From the NCBI GenBank assembly GCA_050633245.1, contig JBOEGD010000004.1, forward strand, positions 223,220-281,205: a DNA stretch of 57,986 bases, read 5' to 3'. This document shows, one piece after another, positions 39,614 through 49,371 of the stretch. Numbering within the stretch: the first letter of the stretch is position 1; every line of letters begins with the position of its first letter. Both the position numbers and the translations under genes were made by a program. Under the pieces are notes generated by a model, which was given only the letters and a program-made list of their open reading frames with translations, had not been told where the DNA came from and made no database searches. This stretch comes from Calditrichia bacterium. GTDB lineage: Bacteria; Calditrichota; Calditrichia; RBG-13-44-9; J075.

Positions 39614-42600
39614 GATTGAATTCCTTGATTTCTTCTATTATTTCTTGCGGTTCCATTTTTAAGGTTCCTCCTGGAACCTGCGTTTGTGCTGCAGTTTTTG
39701 CATTTGGATTGAAAAAGTTGAAGTCAGAGGATGTTATTTGTCCATCCAGATTCCAATCGGCAAGATGATAACCACTTTGTGCGGTTCTCGCAGCAGGCAA
39801 GAATGTGTTAAAGTCGCTAGAGGTTATCTGCCCATCTCCATTTGCGTCCGCAGCATATAGTCCGTAGACACCACTTCCCAAATCTTGCATAGCTGAAGAT
39901 CCGGCGGTGTAAGCAGTGCTTAGGGACGAAGTGAAATCGTATAAGGTGCTGGAAGAGCTTAAGCTCTGTGATGATGTGCTCATAATTGCAAGGTGATTAC
40001 GATGTTTAATTACAACGTAATAGCTACCGGCAGGTGAATCCATTGTGACGTATTCAGTGGTGCCGTCATCTCCTACAACAAGTCCGTCTTTCCGAAGTAG
40101 AACGCTTCTGGTATTTAATGCCGATCCATCATGTGCACTTCGAAGCTCTATCAAAACCCAATCGGTAATATCGTCGGGCATCGTTAAAACGCTGCGTGGA
40201 TTTTCATGATAGGGGGACGCCAGCGGTAGATAGCCGGATGTGTTGAGCGTTGCGCTCATTTCACCGGTTCCGGAATCATAGGCGCCTTCTAAGAATAACT
40301 TTACCCTGAGATTTACAGTGGTGCTTGGGGCGACATCAAAAGTGACTTCATCTTTTGCGCTCCATTCACTACCATCCAGCACACGTACGTTAATAGTTGT
40401 GTCTGCTGTAAGTGTGATTGCGGATGAATATACTACCGCACTGGCAGAAACAACTCCATTACTTGCTCTTGGATCGGTTCCATCTGTCGTGTAATAGACA
40501 GTGCCCGATCCATTAGGATTCGTCAAGGTCAGATCGAATCCGTGGTTAACATCGCCTCCACGCTGATTAAACGTCGGTGGATCAATGTCTGGGTAATAAC
40601 CCTCAGCGCGTAAGGCGGTAATAAACTGAGCCGTATTGCCGTCCATAAGGCCTCGAATAAGATCGACTTCATCTTGCCAATGCAGATCTCGCGTATGGCG
40701 ATCTTCACCAAGGCTTATCTGGCAATCGCCCCACTTGGCAGATTCCGCAATCATGGCATCAAATACATAGGCATTAAGCGTATCCCAGCGAGCAAGAGAA
40801 CTAGAGTCTGTTAGTGCACCGCTGTTGAAGCAGTGCAGGTAGATGCGGTCGGCGAAGAGAGCCATAAAGTCGTCATTTTGACGCAAAGCATGCCAGAGGT
40901 TAGAGTGGATGTCATCTTCATTTTCGCCAACTCTGTGAAACGGATGTACCCAGGCGCCGCTGACGGAAGGGTAGTCCTTTGTTACGTCCCACGACCATTC
41001 TGCATCCCAATTATAAAACATAAATGGGCCCGCCGGAGTATTGCGCATACCGCCCCAGTAGTTTTTACCGGGCCAGTCGGTAACGGCACCATACCAGCTG
41101 AGCATCATATAATCGATAAAGTTCTCGAAATCCAAATATTCCTGCATTTCGGCATACTTGGTAGAATCTGTCATGTCGTCTTCTACTAGATCTTCTTCTA
41201 AATAATCAAATCGGTTGCCGTCTCCCGAAATGGTTCCGGAGTGATTATGAGCATACCAATCTTCACTGTCTCCGCCGAAGTACTCTGCACTAAAATGATG
41301 GTCAGGACGCTCGACCGGGTTGTAGAGTCCCCAGTAGATGCCATTGATATAAAGGTGAACAAAATTACCGTGAGAGCCGTGTCCAGACATGGCAATTCGA
41401 GTATCACGGAACCACTGATCTTCCGTATGCGTTGTTTCCTCAGGATTCCATTTACGTGCCCAGGAACGATTGTTTCCGGCGCGAAGAACGATTCGCTTTT
41501 GGTCTTTGTCTGCGCTATTTCCGTTTAATGGTGCATCCTTGAAAATGTTGGTTCTCCATGAAGAGGTGCCGTATTCGGAACGGAAACTCAAGCGTAGTGA
41601 ACGCTTTAATCGTAGGTGACTATGACCCTCAATACCACACTCCAACTGTTCATTTCTATCGGGATTGTTAAAGTCCAGATACTCTAGTGAAATGCGCTGT
41701 TCGACATCCAGCTCGTCGTAGAAATGATTAGCGCCGAACAGGCTGTCCGGATCAACGGTGATCAGCATTGACGGGATGTCCTGTAACCCTTTAATAATGT
41801 CGCCGCTATAGGCCGGATCATCGACTATGTTCGGATCCATTTCATAGTCATGAGGTGCAACATCACTGCCTGCTACGCTATAGTTGTTAACAGGATAACC
41901 GGGGATTGAATGTGGCTGTTCAATGACGTAGTTCAGAAACAAATAGGTATTCGTCTCTACATTTGAAGGTATAAAGCCCGTTTTGTAGGCAGCGGCGCGC
42001 AGAACAGTTGTGGTGTCTACGGTAATTGGGCCGCTGTATATACTCCCGTTTGATGGCGTTGGTTTACTGCCGTCAAGCGTATAGCGAATTTCTGTTCCGG
42101 GAGTGGTTCCGGTAATTGTTACGTCGAATGAACTGCTGTAATAGCCGCGTTCCGGAGAGATCGTTAGTGGATCAATAGGTAGCGTTCCGTCGGTGTTGGC
42201 CGATCCGGGAGTAGGTGTCGTAAAAAATTGTGCAGAGCTATTAAAAATACCGTAAGAAACATCTTCTGATTGTTCTGGATACTCAGGGGTATATTCCGAG
42301 ACGACAATGGAACCATTTGGCTGAACGAGTCCCAGATATTCACCACCAGCACCGAGCTTGAAGTTGGTATGCAATTCTGCTCCGGTGCGATCTTTGTTTG
42401 ATGCAAAAAGAACAAGATACCCGCCAGCCGGAATAACAACCGACGGAAACTGCCACTTGTCGAGTTCGCCATCATCGTCCGTAATATACCAGTCTTCGAG
42501 ATCTACAGAGCTCGATCCTGTATTTCGGATTTCAATCCAGTCGGAATATTCGTTGTCTTCATCCTGAAGAATCGTTCCATTGCTGGCCATGAACTCGCTG

Positions 42601-44300
42601 ACTTCCAGGCTTGTTGTATAGAGTTGCTCAACATTAATTGTCAGCGTTTTATCTACCGTTGTACTGCCGTTATATGTTGAGCGAGCCGTAATCTGATGAG
42701 TGCTATCGGTAGCAAAATCAAGCAGACTGGAATTCGCAACCTGAACTTCATTACCAACCACCTTGAAACGACCACCAGCGTCATCCGTTAAAGAGTAAGT
42801 AACAGAGGTCGCGGTGTCTAGGTCCGTTGTAATGAGTGTACCAATATACGTGTCATTTGGGCTCTCTTCACCGACGCTATTGTCAGAAAGAGCCAGGTCG
42901 ACCGTTCCTACAGAGTTTGCCGTTCCCGGAGTGGGTGAATCAAAGAAGTAAATTGTGCTACCTACATTACCCAGAGAGATATCGGTGATTTGAAGCGGAT
43001 AATCGGGTCGAAATTCAGCTGCGATTAGCGTGGTATCCGGCTGAACGAGACCCAGATACTCGCCTGAGCTGCTGAGTTTAAAGTTTGTATGGAGTTCACC
43101 TACATCACGATCTTTGCCGGAAGCAAAGACAATGAGATACTCTCCCACATCCAGTGAAATTGCCGGAAATTGCCATTTTGTCAGACTCGTCGAATCATCA
43201 GTTAAATACCAATTGTTCAGGTCAAGAGCCGTGCTGGCAATATTATGAATTTCGATCCAGTCGGAGTAATCACCATCTTCATCCTGAAGTGTGGTTGCAT
43301 TGCTTGCCATAACTTCACTGATTTCCAAGTCCATCATGGAAACCTGATTCTCAATAAATACGGTAAAGATTCTATCGACCGTAGTGCCGCCGCCATATGT
43401 TGATCGCGCGGTAATCGCATGGCTCGTATCTACTGCAAAGTCCAGTAAGCTTGAATCGGCCACCTGTAGTGCATTGCCGACCACCTTAAATCGACCCCCT
43501 GCATCATCTACAATGGAATACGTTGCCGATGTCGCAGTATCGATGTCAGTAGTAATAAAGCTACCGATATAGGTGTCATTTGGACTGTCTTCATTAACCG
43601 TGCTATCGGAGAGCGCTAAAGTAATCGTTCCCGCAGCATTAACTGCTCCCGGAGATGGGGTAGAGAAGTAGGACGCCGAACCGGCGAGATTCCCGAATGA
43701 AACTCCGGAAACCTGAAGCGGAAAAGCCGGACGGTATTCCGAGACGATCTGAGTTGTATCTGGCTGCGTGAGTGCCAAAAACTCACCTTCCGCAGTCAGT
43801 TTAAAGTTGGTATGCAGTAACGGCGTGGTGCGGTTCTTGTTTGAAGCAAAAACTATCAGATAGTTTCCTGCTGGTAGAGAAATTGCAGGAAACTGCCATT
43901 TCTTTAGATTTGTGGAATCGTCAGATAAATACCAACCTGTCAGATCGACGGTGGTTGCACCCGAGTTGAACAGTTCCAGCCAGTCGGAATAATCCCCATC
44001 TTCATCGATAAGGGTGGTGGTATTGCTGGCCTGGAACTCATTAATCAGAATGTCACTTGGTGCATTAGTCAACTGCACATTATTTTTAACACTTTGTGCA
44101 GACAATGAGCTAAACGCAAACATAAGTACCAGAGTACACAAGATCAGAACTGTTGTGCGGTGGCATAAGTCTGAAAGCGGCTTTGCAGTATGGGTTTTCA
44201 TAGGATCATCTTTGAATGTTTTTGTAGCGTTAAACTTGTCGTTAGAGCTCATTAAGTTTGAGCTGCTAACAGGAAAGTGTTCTCTACTCTTCAATACCAA
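39603..44300 (-). CDS. Large secreted lamin-tail x3 / cadherin-like x2 / Fn3-associated / CotH kinase / dockerin protein (likely start 44201)
   Basis: Three NEF/MASN...DEDxxYSDW(I/L)E lamin-tail domains; two DDAGGRFKV cadherin-like domains; IRYTLDG and YYTTDGTDP; CotH motifs YWGLYNPVER, DWPGKNY, WDAE; paired DxNxDGQITSSDFN. Confidence 0.9.
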   Translation of the reverse strand: MVLKSREHFPVSSSNLMSSNDKFNATKTFKDDPMKTHTAKPLSDLCHRTTVLILCTLVLMFAFSSLSAQSVKNNVQLTNAPSDILINEFQASNTTTLIDEDGDYSDWLELFNSGATTVDLTGWYLSDDSTNLKKWQFPAISLPAGNYLIVFASNKNRTTPLLHTNFKLTAEGEFLALTQPDTTQIVSEYRPAFPLQVSGVSFGNLAGSASYFSTPSPGAVNAAGTITLALSDSTVNEDSPNDTYIGSFITTDIDTATSATYSIVDDAGGRFKVVGNALQVADSSLLDFAVDTSHAITARSTYGGGTTVDRIFTVFIENQVSMMDLEISEVMASNATTLQDEDGDYSDWIEIHNIASTALDLNNWYLTDDSTSLTKWQFPAISLDVGEYLIVFASGKDRDVGELHTNFKLSSSGEYLGLVQPDTTLIAAEFRPDYPLQITDISLGNVGSTIYFFDSPTPGTANSVGTVDLALSDNSVGEESPNDTYIGTLITTDLDTATSVTYSLTDDAGGRFKVVGNEVQVANSSLLDFATDSTHQITARSTYNGSTTVDKTLTINVEQLYTTSLEVSEFMASNGTILQDEDNEYSDWIEIRNTGSSSVDLEDWYITDDDGELDKWQFPSVVIPAGGYLVLFASNKDRTGAELHTNFKLGAGGEYLGLVQPNGSIVVSEYTPEYPEQSEDVSYGIFNSSAQFFTTPTPGSANTDGTLPIDPLTISPERGYYSSSFDVTITGTTPGTEIRYTLDGSKPTPSNGSIYSGPITVDTTTVLRAAAYKTGFIPSNVETNTYLFLNYVIEQPHSIPGYPVNNYSVAGSDVAPHDYEMDPNIVDDPAYSGDIIKGLQDIPSMLITVDPDSLFGANHFYDELDVEQRISLEYLDFNNPDRNEQLECGIEGHSHLRLKRSLRLSFRSEYGTSSWRTNIFKDAPLNGNSADKDQKRIVLRAGNNRSWARKWNPEETTHTEDQWFRDTRIAMSGHGSHGNFVHLYINGIYWGLYNPVERPDHHFSAEYFGGDSEDWYAHNHSGTISGDGNRFDYLEEDLVEDDMTDSTKYAEMQEYLDFENFIDYMMLSWYGAVTDWPGKNYWGGMRNTPAGPFMFYNWDAEWSWDVTKDYPSVSGAWVHPFHRVGENEDDIHSNLWHALRQNDDFMALFADRIYLHCFNSGALTDSSSLARWDTLNAYVFDAMIAESAKWGDCQISLGEDRHTRDLHWQDEVDLIRGLMDGNTAQFITALRAEGYYPDIDPPTFNQRGGDVNHGFDLTLTNPNGSGTVYYTTDGTDPRASNGVVSASAVVYSSAITLTADTTINVRVLDGSEWSAKDEVTFDVAPSTTVNLRVKLFLEGAYDSGTGEMSATLNTSGYLPLASPYHENPRSVLTMPDDITDWVLIELRSAHDGSALNTRSVLLRKDGLVVGDDGTTEYVTMDSPAGSYYVVIKHRNHLAIMSTSSQSLSSSSTLYDFTSSLSTAYTAGSSAMQDLGSGVYGLYAADANGDGQITSSDFNTFLPAARTAQSGYHLADWNLDGQITSSDFNFFNPNAKTAAQTQVPGGTLKMEPQEIIEEIKEFNHAN

Positions 44301-44917
44301 TCCATTGTGGACCGGAATTTTATATTCAAATGATAATTTAATAAGTCATTTCATAATCCAGTTTGTGAGAACGGATTATGAAATAAACATGCCCGTTGCC
44401 ATTAATAGAAATAGCAACAAATTAGCGAGTTGAACCGAAGTAAATACTTGTGTTCAAACGTTGCTAATTGTTAAGCATCATATCAGCAAAAATCAATGAC
44501 TGTACTGCATCCCAACTACTTGAGGGCACAAAGCCTGACGAAACTTTGTGGGTGAAGAATGTAATCTAAATATATTTGTCTTTGAGACGGATCCCGGATA
44601 ATAATCTGGAAACCATAGGCAGGATTTTAAAATTCTAAATAAGATCCGAACATTAACTAGCACAAACTCAAGTTAATGGGATATCCAACAAATGGAAAAC
44701 CGGATTGACGGTGACAATCCAAAAGACGTTGCGCTACCCACTCAAACTCTATCCCAAATAATCTAATCTGTTTGAGTTGAGAAACGCTTTTTCAAAGACG
44801 ATATAGATAATTGTAAACATGCTTAAAATATTACATATGAAGAAATAGTATATTCAATTGAAATACTATTGTAACAGGTATGTAATCGTATATTTTACAG
44901 TAATTGGCGATATCTCC

Positions 44918-44933
44918 TGTGATGACGATCACA
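44918..44933. promoter_or_regulatory. CRP/FNR-family binding-site consensus TGTGA-N6-TCACA
   Basis: tgtga tgacga tcaca, an exact match to the CRP core consensus, in a long divergent intergenic region. Confidence 0.6.
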
Positions 44934-44941
44934 TTGAGATT

Positions 44942-44962
44942 GGCAAAAAAGCCTTTTTTGCC
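44942..44962. other. Perfect inverted repeat GGCAAAAAA-gcc-TTTTTTGCC
   Basis: 9-bp arms read directly; could be an operator or a hairpin. Confidence 0.6.
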
Positions 44963-45063
44963 TGATTTTGCTTTTCTACGTGCCTAAGTGAACAGCATAA
45001 TTGGATTGAAGGTGGAATTAATAAAAAAGCCGTGATGATTTTTGTGCAGATGAGGAAAATCAG

Positions 45064-45441
45064 TTGGATGTACGTCAAAATTTATTGTGGATTGATGGCA
45101 CAGCAGGCTTAGCTGTGGGAGCCACTGTTCTTTTGCTTTCCAACTGGTTGATCGACTGGTATGGTTTGCCAATGATTTTGCTACTTTTTATTGGAGGTGT
45201 CAATATGCTCTATGGCACCTTCTCATTGTCACTGGCGAGGAGAAAAGAACGTCCTACAGGTTTTATCAAACTTCTTGTTTTTGCAAACCTGGCCTGGGTG
45301 CCAGTCTGCCTGTATTTAGCGGTTTCCTATTTTAATACAGCAACCCTATTCGGGCTGGGCCATATTATTGGGGAAGGCCTGTTTGTTGGCCTTCTGGCAG
45401 TCTTCGAATGGCGCTGGCGAGAGGAGCTTCAGACGCGATAG
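45064..45441 (+). CDS. Small four-TM membrane protein of unknown function
   Basis: Four hydrophobic segments; LWIDG..G, ANLAW, EW motifs; TTG start after GAGG. Confidence 0.75.
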   Translation: MDVRQNLLWIDGTAGLAVGATVLLLSNWLIDWYGLPMILLLFIGGVNMLYGTFSLSLARRKERPTGFIKLLVFANLAWVPVCLYLAVSYFNTATLFGLGHIIGEGLFVGLLAVFEWRWREELQTR

Positions 45442-46290
45442 AATCTTCAATACGAATACTTTATTTGTGCTGGCAATCTGATGGCTTGATGGATAGTAAT
45501 GTGTTTCGTGGAAAGAATGCAGAGTGAGGTGGTTTGTTGAGTCTCCGACCGGTAAGACAACCCAACTAAACGTATTTTTATTTTTCCTACGTAGATAGAG
45601 GCCATTGGTTGTTGCTCCGATTACTCTGTTAGAATCGTTAGGGTCCCAAGCAAGCTCGAAGAAGGCGTGCCCGGCCAAATCGCTGTCTTCCTGATCCCAT
45701 ATCATATCTCCGCTGTCATTATAATAGCCGCGGACTGGGCCTATTCCGTGGTAGCTTAGCCCATCTGCCGCAACGGCTTTATCTCCTTTGATAAATCGAT
45801 TACCCTCTCCGGTACCAACAAGTATCTCTTTCTGATTGGAAGGGTTTGTTGAAATAGCTCCACAAGCCAAAGAGTTTGAGTGTCGTGTGGTAGGCACAGT
45901 ATCGATGTTGTCCATAAGTGGAGTCCAATGCCAGCCATTATCTTCAGTGTACCAGACACCACCGTTTGAAGTGGCTAAAAAAAACCGCGGTATATTTGAC
46001 GGGCTTAATCCGAACTCGATACCGGTAATCCTTCCACAACATTCAGCAATACCCTTCATATTCATGTAGTTCACACTGGTGGGACCAAGGTGCTCCCAGT
46101 CAATCTTTTCTCCGCTATATCTGCGAGTTCTTATTAGCTCCCTCATACTACTAATTGCTTTTACACGATTTAGCGCAACCTCTTTTAGTTTACCGGGATT
46201 ATTTGTATCGATGTTTGATATGCGTTCTTCCAGAAATTGACGTTTACGAGCATGGGGACCACTGTCTTTATAGCTTCTTTCATTAGACAT
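45346..46290 (-). pseudogene. Probably truncated N-terminal part of a VPS10/BNR-type beta-propeller protein
   Basis: WEHLGP, GRITGI, NGGVWYTEDNGWHWTPL, ACGAISTNPSN..ILVGTGEGN. Propeller-like sequence stops near 45540 and the frame runs on antisense into the neighbouring gene. Confidence 0.55.
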
Positions 46291-46495
46291 AGGGCGCCTT
46301 TCTGTTTATGAAGTGAGATGATGTATTGGGAGAAGCGGATTGTTTCTAATAAGTACGAAAAAAAATGTATAAAAATCAACAGAATGTAGGTGGTCCTGAA
46401 AATATATTGAGGATGTCTCTTCTGTAATGTGTAAACTTGATCGTCCAAATCGTTAATGTAAAGGAACATTACCCGGTTTCAGTAAGGAAGTCTGT

Positions 46496-49087
46496 ATGAG
46501 AAATTTCATCAAGAAGTTTCAATTTGCTATCAGTGCAAAGTGTTCCGAGAGGCAAGAGTTTATAGGTCTCGGAGTATGTGGAGAAGTGTCTTACGAGGCA
46601 ATGCTTCGTTTGCAAAGGGACTTTGCTTATCAGTGTTTTATGCCAGTAACCAAGTTGCTTTTTGTCTTCCTCTTTTTGGTTCTTCTTCAACTGCAATTGA
46701 CAGCTCAAAACAATGGTTCTCCCCCTTTAAAAATCTTGCCGGTCTTTGAACAGACTCTTTTGCTCGAAACAACTTCCGAAAGATCGGCAAATGTTGCATT
46801 CGGTGACCTCAATGCCGATGGCAACCTCGACATTGTTTTAGCAAAGGGTAGGCACTGGCCGTTGGTTAATCGTGTCCTTCTTGGTGATGGAAAAGGCGGA
46901 GTCACTAAAGCTTATGACTTGGCGCCTGCGACAAGTCGCTCTTACTCCGGGCGTATTGCCGATATGGATGCCGACGGCGATTTGGATATTGTGGTCAGTA
47001 ATGATAAACCGGATTCAAACCTGGTATATCTGAACGATGGCAGTGGTTCCTTTTCTGTTGGTTCTGCCTTTGGAAAAGCGGATTGGCCAACCCGAAACGC
47101 AAGTGTCGTAGACTTAAATCAGGATGGTCTACCCGATATTGTTGTGGCAAATCGAGGCAGGGGAGAGGCTGGAAAAAGTTATATCTGTATCAATCAGGGT
47201 GGCGGCAAATTTGATAACGAAGGTATTGTCTTATCCACCTACGGTTCAACAACGATCACGCCGGCGGACTTCAATAATGATGGTATGATTGATTTGGCTG
47301 TTCCGCACCGAAATGGGGGACAGAGCTATGTGTTTCTGCAGACAGAAAGTTCCGGACTAAAATTTAAGCAGGTGCCATTTGGGACTGCAGAGGCTGCTAT
47401 ACGTATGTCGCAAGCCGCAGACCTTAATGGTAACGGTAGAATGGATCTCGTAACAATTGATACCAAGCGTGGTGTATTGATCCACCATCAGCAGAGCGAT
47501 GGAGTTTTCTCCCCAGCCAAATTTCTGGGGGAGCAAAATACAAAACCGTATGCCTTGGAAGTGGGTGACTTGAATTTGGATGGTCTTACGGATATTGTTG
47601 TCGGTTATGTCGAAGCGCCATCGGTTGTATATTTTAATGCCGGCGCGGGAAAAGGCTATCTTCCAAGAGTGTTTGGAGATGGCCTTGGAGCGGTGTATGG
47701 ATTTGGAATTGCGGATTTTAACAAAGACGATTTTCCAGACATCGCTGCCGCTCGATCGGGTGCACCGAATGTGCTATATTTTGGCAGTGCAGTAGATACG
47801 CAAGATAGACAAAACTGGCCTTCCTTTCGCGGGCCGAGTGCCACTGGTATTGCAGATGGATTCCCGACGCGTCGTTCATGGAATGCGGATTCTACTGCCG
47901 GAGAGATTAAAGGTGTTCTTTGGCGCGCAGAAATACCGGGACTTGGTCATTCCAGCCCTATTGTTTTTGGAGATCGAATCTACGTCGCTTCTGCTATTTC
48001 CGAACAAGGTGATGCGCCATTGATGGTTGGCAGAGGTGGGAAATCTACTGCAGCTTCTGATAGCGGAAAGCAAAGCTGGGTAGTTTTCTGCTACAACAAA
48101 AAAACTGGTAAAGAAATATGGCGAAGAACCGCCCGTCAAGGTGAGCCCCAGGCTTCACGACATATGAAAGCGACGCATGCGAATACCAGTTTGGCTACTG
48201 ATGGAAAAAGCCTGGTTGCATTCTTTGGCTCTGAAGGATTGTATTGCTATGACTTGGACGGAAAGCTTCTTTGGGAAAAAGATTTAGGCGTGATCAATAT
48301 TAGCAAGTATGGTATTGGCTGGGGGTATTCAAGTTCTCCGGTTGTTCATGACGGGCGTATTGCTTTGGTGTGTGACGATCCGGCTAACCCATTTGTTGTT
48401 GTCCTACAGTTATCGGATGGCAAAGAGCTTTGGCGCGTCTCGCGCAAAGATATTTGTGAGCGTAGCTGGGGCACACCGCTGATACACAGCTCGAAACAGA
48501 AAACACAGCTAATTATTAATGGTTGGCCTTGGGTTGTGTCGTACGATCTGGAGTCCGGCGAAGAAATCTGGAAAATTCGCGGCGGAGGTGATAATCCTGT
48601 TCCAACCCCCTTTGAAGCAAATGGCTGGATTTATGTCACCAATGCACATGGAGGCAAGTCGCCAATTTATGTGATCCGCCCGGAAGCAACCGGCGATATT
48701 ACGCCATCTATAGAAGCACCTGCGAATGAAGGAATCGTTTGGAGTGTCGAAAGAGGCGGGTCCTATTTATCGACGCCGGTGGTCTACGGGGAGTATCTCT
48801 ACCTCGGAAATACGAATGGTTCGGTACGCTGCTTTAACGCCATAACGGGCGAGATGCTCTTCCAGGAACGGCTTGATATCGGTGCGGGAATTATTTCCTC
48901 ATTAGTCGCAGCCGATGGGAAAATATATTGTGCCTCTGAGAACGGCAAGGTGTATGTGTTGGCAGCCGGACCTGAATTTAAACTGCTTTCCCGCAACGAA
49001 ATGGGTGAGCCCTGCTTTGCTACGCCGGCCATCTCGGAAGGGGTTGTATACTTTAGAACGACTGGTAGCTTGGTTGCTATTAAATGA
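46496..49087 (+). CDS. Secreted FG-GAP/VCBS-repeat + PQQ-like (BamB-type) double beta-propeller fusion (likely start 46640)
   Basis: Seven DxNxDGxxD-type repeats; then NWPSFRGP, PGLGHSSPIV, YDLDGKLLW, SWGTP, ATPAIS. Confidence 0.88.
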   Translation: MRNFIKKFQFAISAKCSERQEFIGLGVCGEVSYEAMLRLQRDFAYQCFMPVTKLLFVFLFLVLLQLQLTAQNNGSPPLKILPVFEQTLLLETTSERSANVAFGDLNADGNLDIVLAKGRHWPLVNRVLLGDGKGGVTKAYDLAPATSRSYSGRIADMDADGDLDIVVSNDKPDSNLVYLNDGSGSFSVGSAFGKADWPTRNASVVDLNQDGLPDIVVANRGRGEAGKSYICINQGGGKFDNEGIVLSTYGSTTITPADFNNDGMIDLAVPHRNGGQSYVFLQTESSGLKFKQVPFGTAEAAIRMSQAADLNGNGRMDLVTIDTKRGVLIHHQQSDGVFSPAKFLGEQNTKPYALEVGDLNLDGLTDIVVGYVEAPSVVYFNAGAGKGYLPRVFGDGLGAVYGFGIADFNKDDFPDIAAARSGAPNVLYFGSAVDTQDRQNWPSFRGPSATGIADGFPTRRSWNADSTAGEIKGVLWRAEIPGLGHSSPIVFGDRIYVASAISEQGDAPLMVGRGGKSTAASDSGKQSWVVFCYNKKTGKEIWRRTARQGEPQASRHMKATHANTSLATDGKSLVAFFGSEGLYCYDLDGKLLWEKDLGVINISKYGIGWGYSSSPVVHDGRIALVCDDPANPFVVVLQLSDGKELWRVSRKDICERSWGTPLIHSSKQKTQLIINGWPWVVSYDLESGEEIWKIRGGGDNPVPTPFEANGWIYVTNAHGGKSPIYVIRPEATGDITPSIEAPANEGIVWSVERGGSYLSTPVVYGEYLYLGNTNGSVRCFNAITGEMLFQERLDIGAGIISSLVAADGKIYCASENGKVYVLAAGPEFKLLSRNEMGEPCFATPAISEGVVYFRTTGSLVAIK

Positions 49088-49371
49088 ATTCGAATGTTTC
49101 TTGAACCGACCTGAATGGGCGTATTCAGTATTTTACAAAATGTTAATGATTTCTATTGCTTTAATCTTATCGAAGACCGTATATTCTTCTACCTCCCAGA
49201 AGTATTACCACCAAAATAAGAGCATTATTTTAACTGTGATCGCTAAAAAATGTGATACTGTTTAGAAAAGTGTCTACGGAACTGCTGTGCCAATTTGTGC
49301 TCTGGCAACCACTCTTGTTTGCCCGCTGCTCATTTATTGTTCACAGTTAATTTCTTTCTCTGGAGATGTAA

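Noticed and set aside
44521-44560. c-di-GMP-I riboswitch (gggcacaaagcc resembles GACGCAAAGCC)
   Set aside because: The preceding GCAAA...GAAA stem is missing and the orientation is opposite to the CotH gene.
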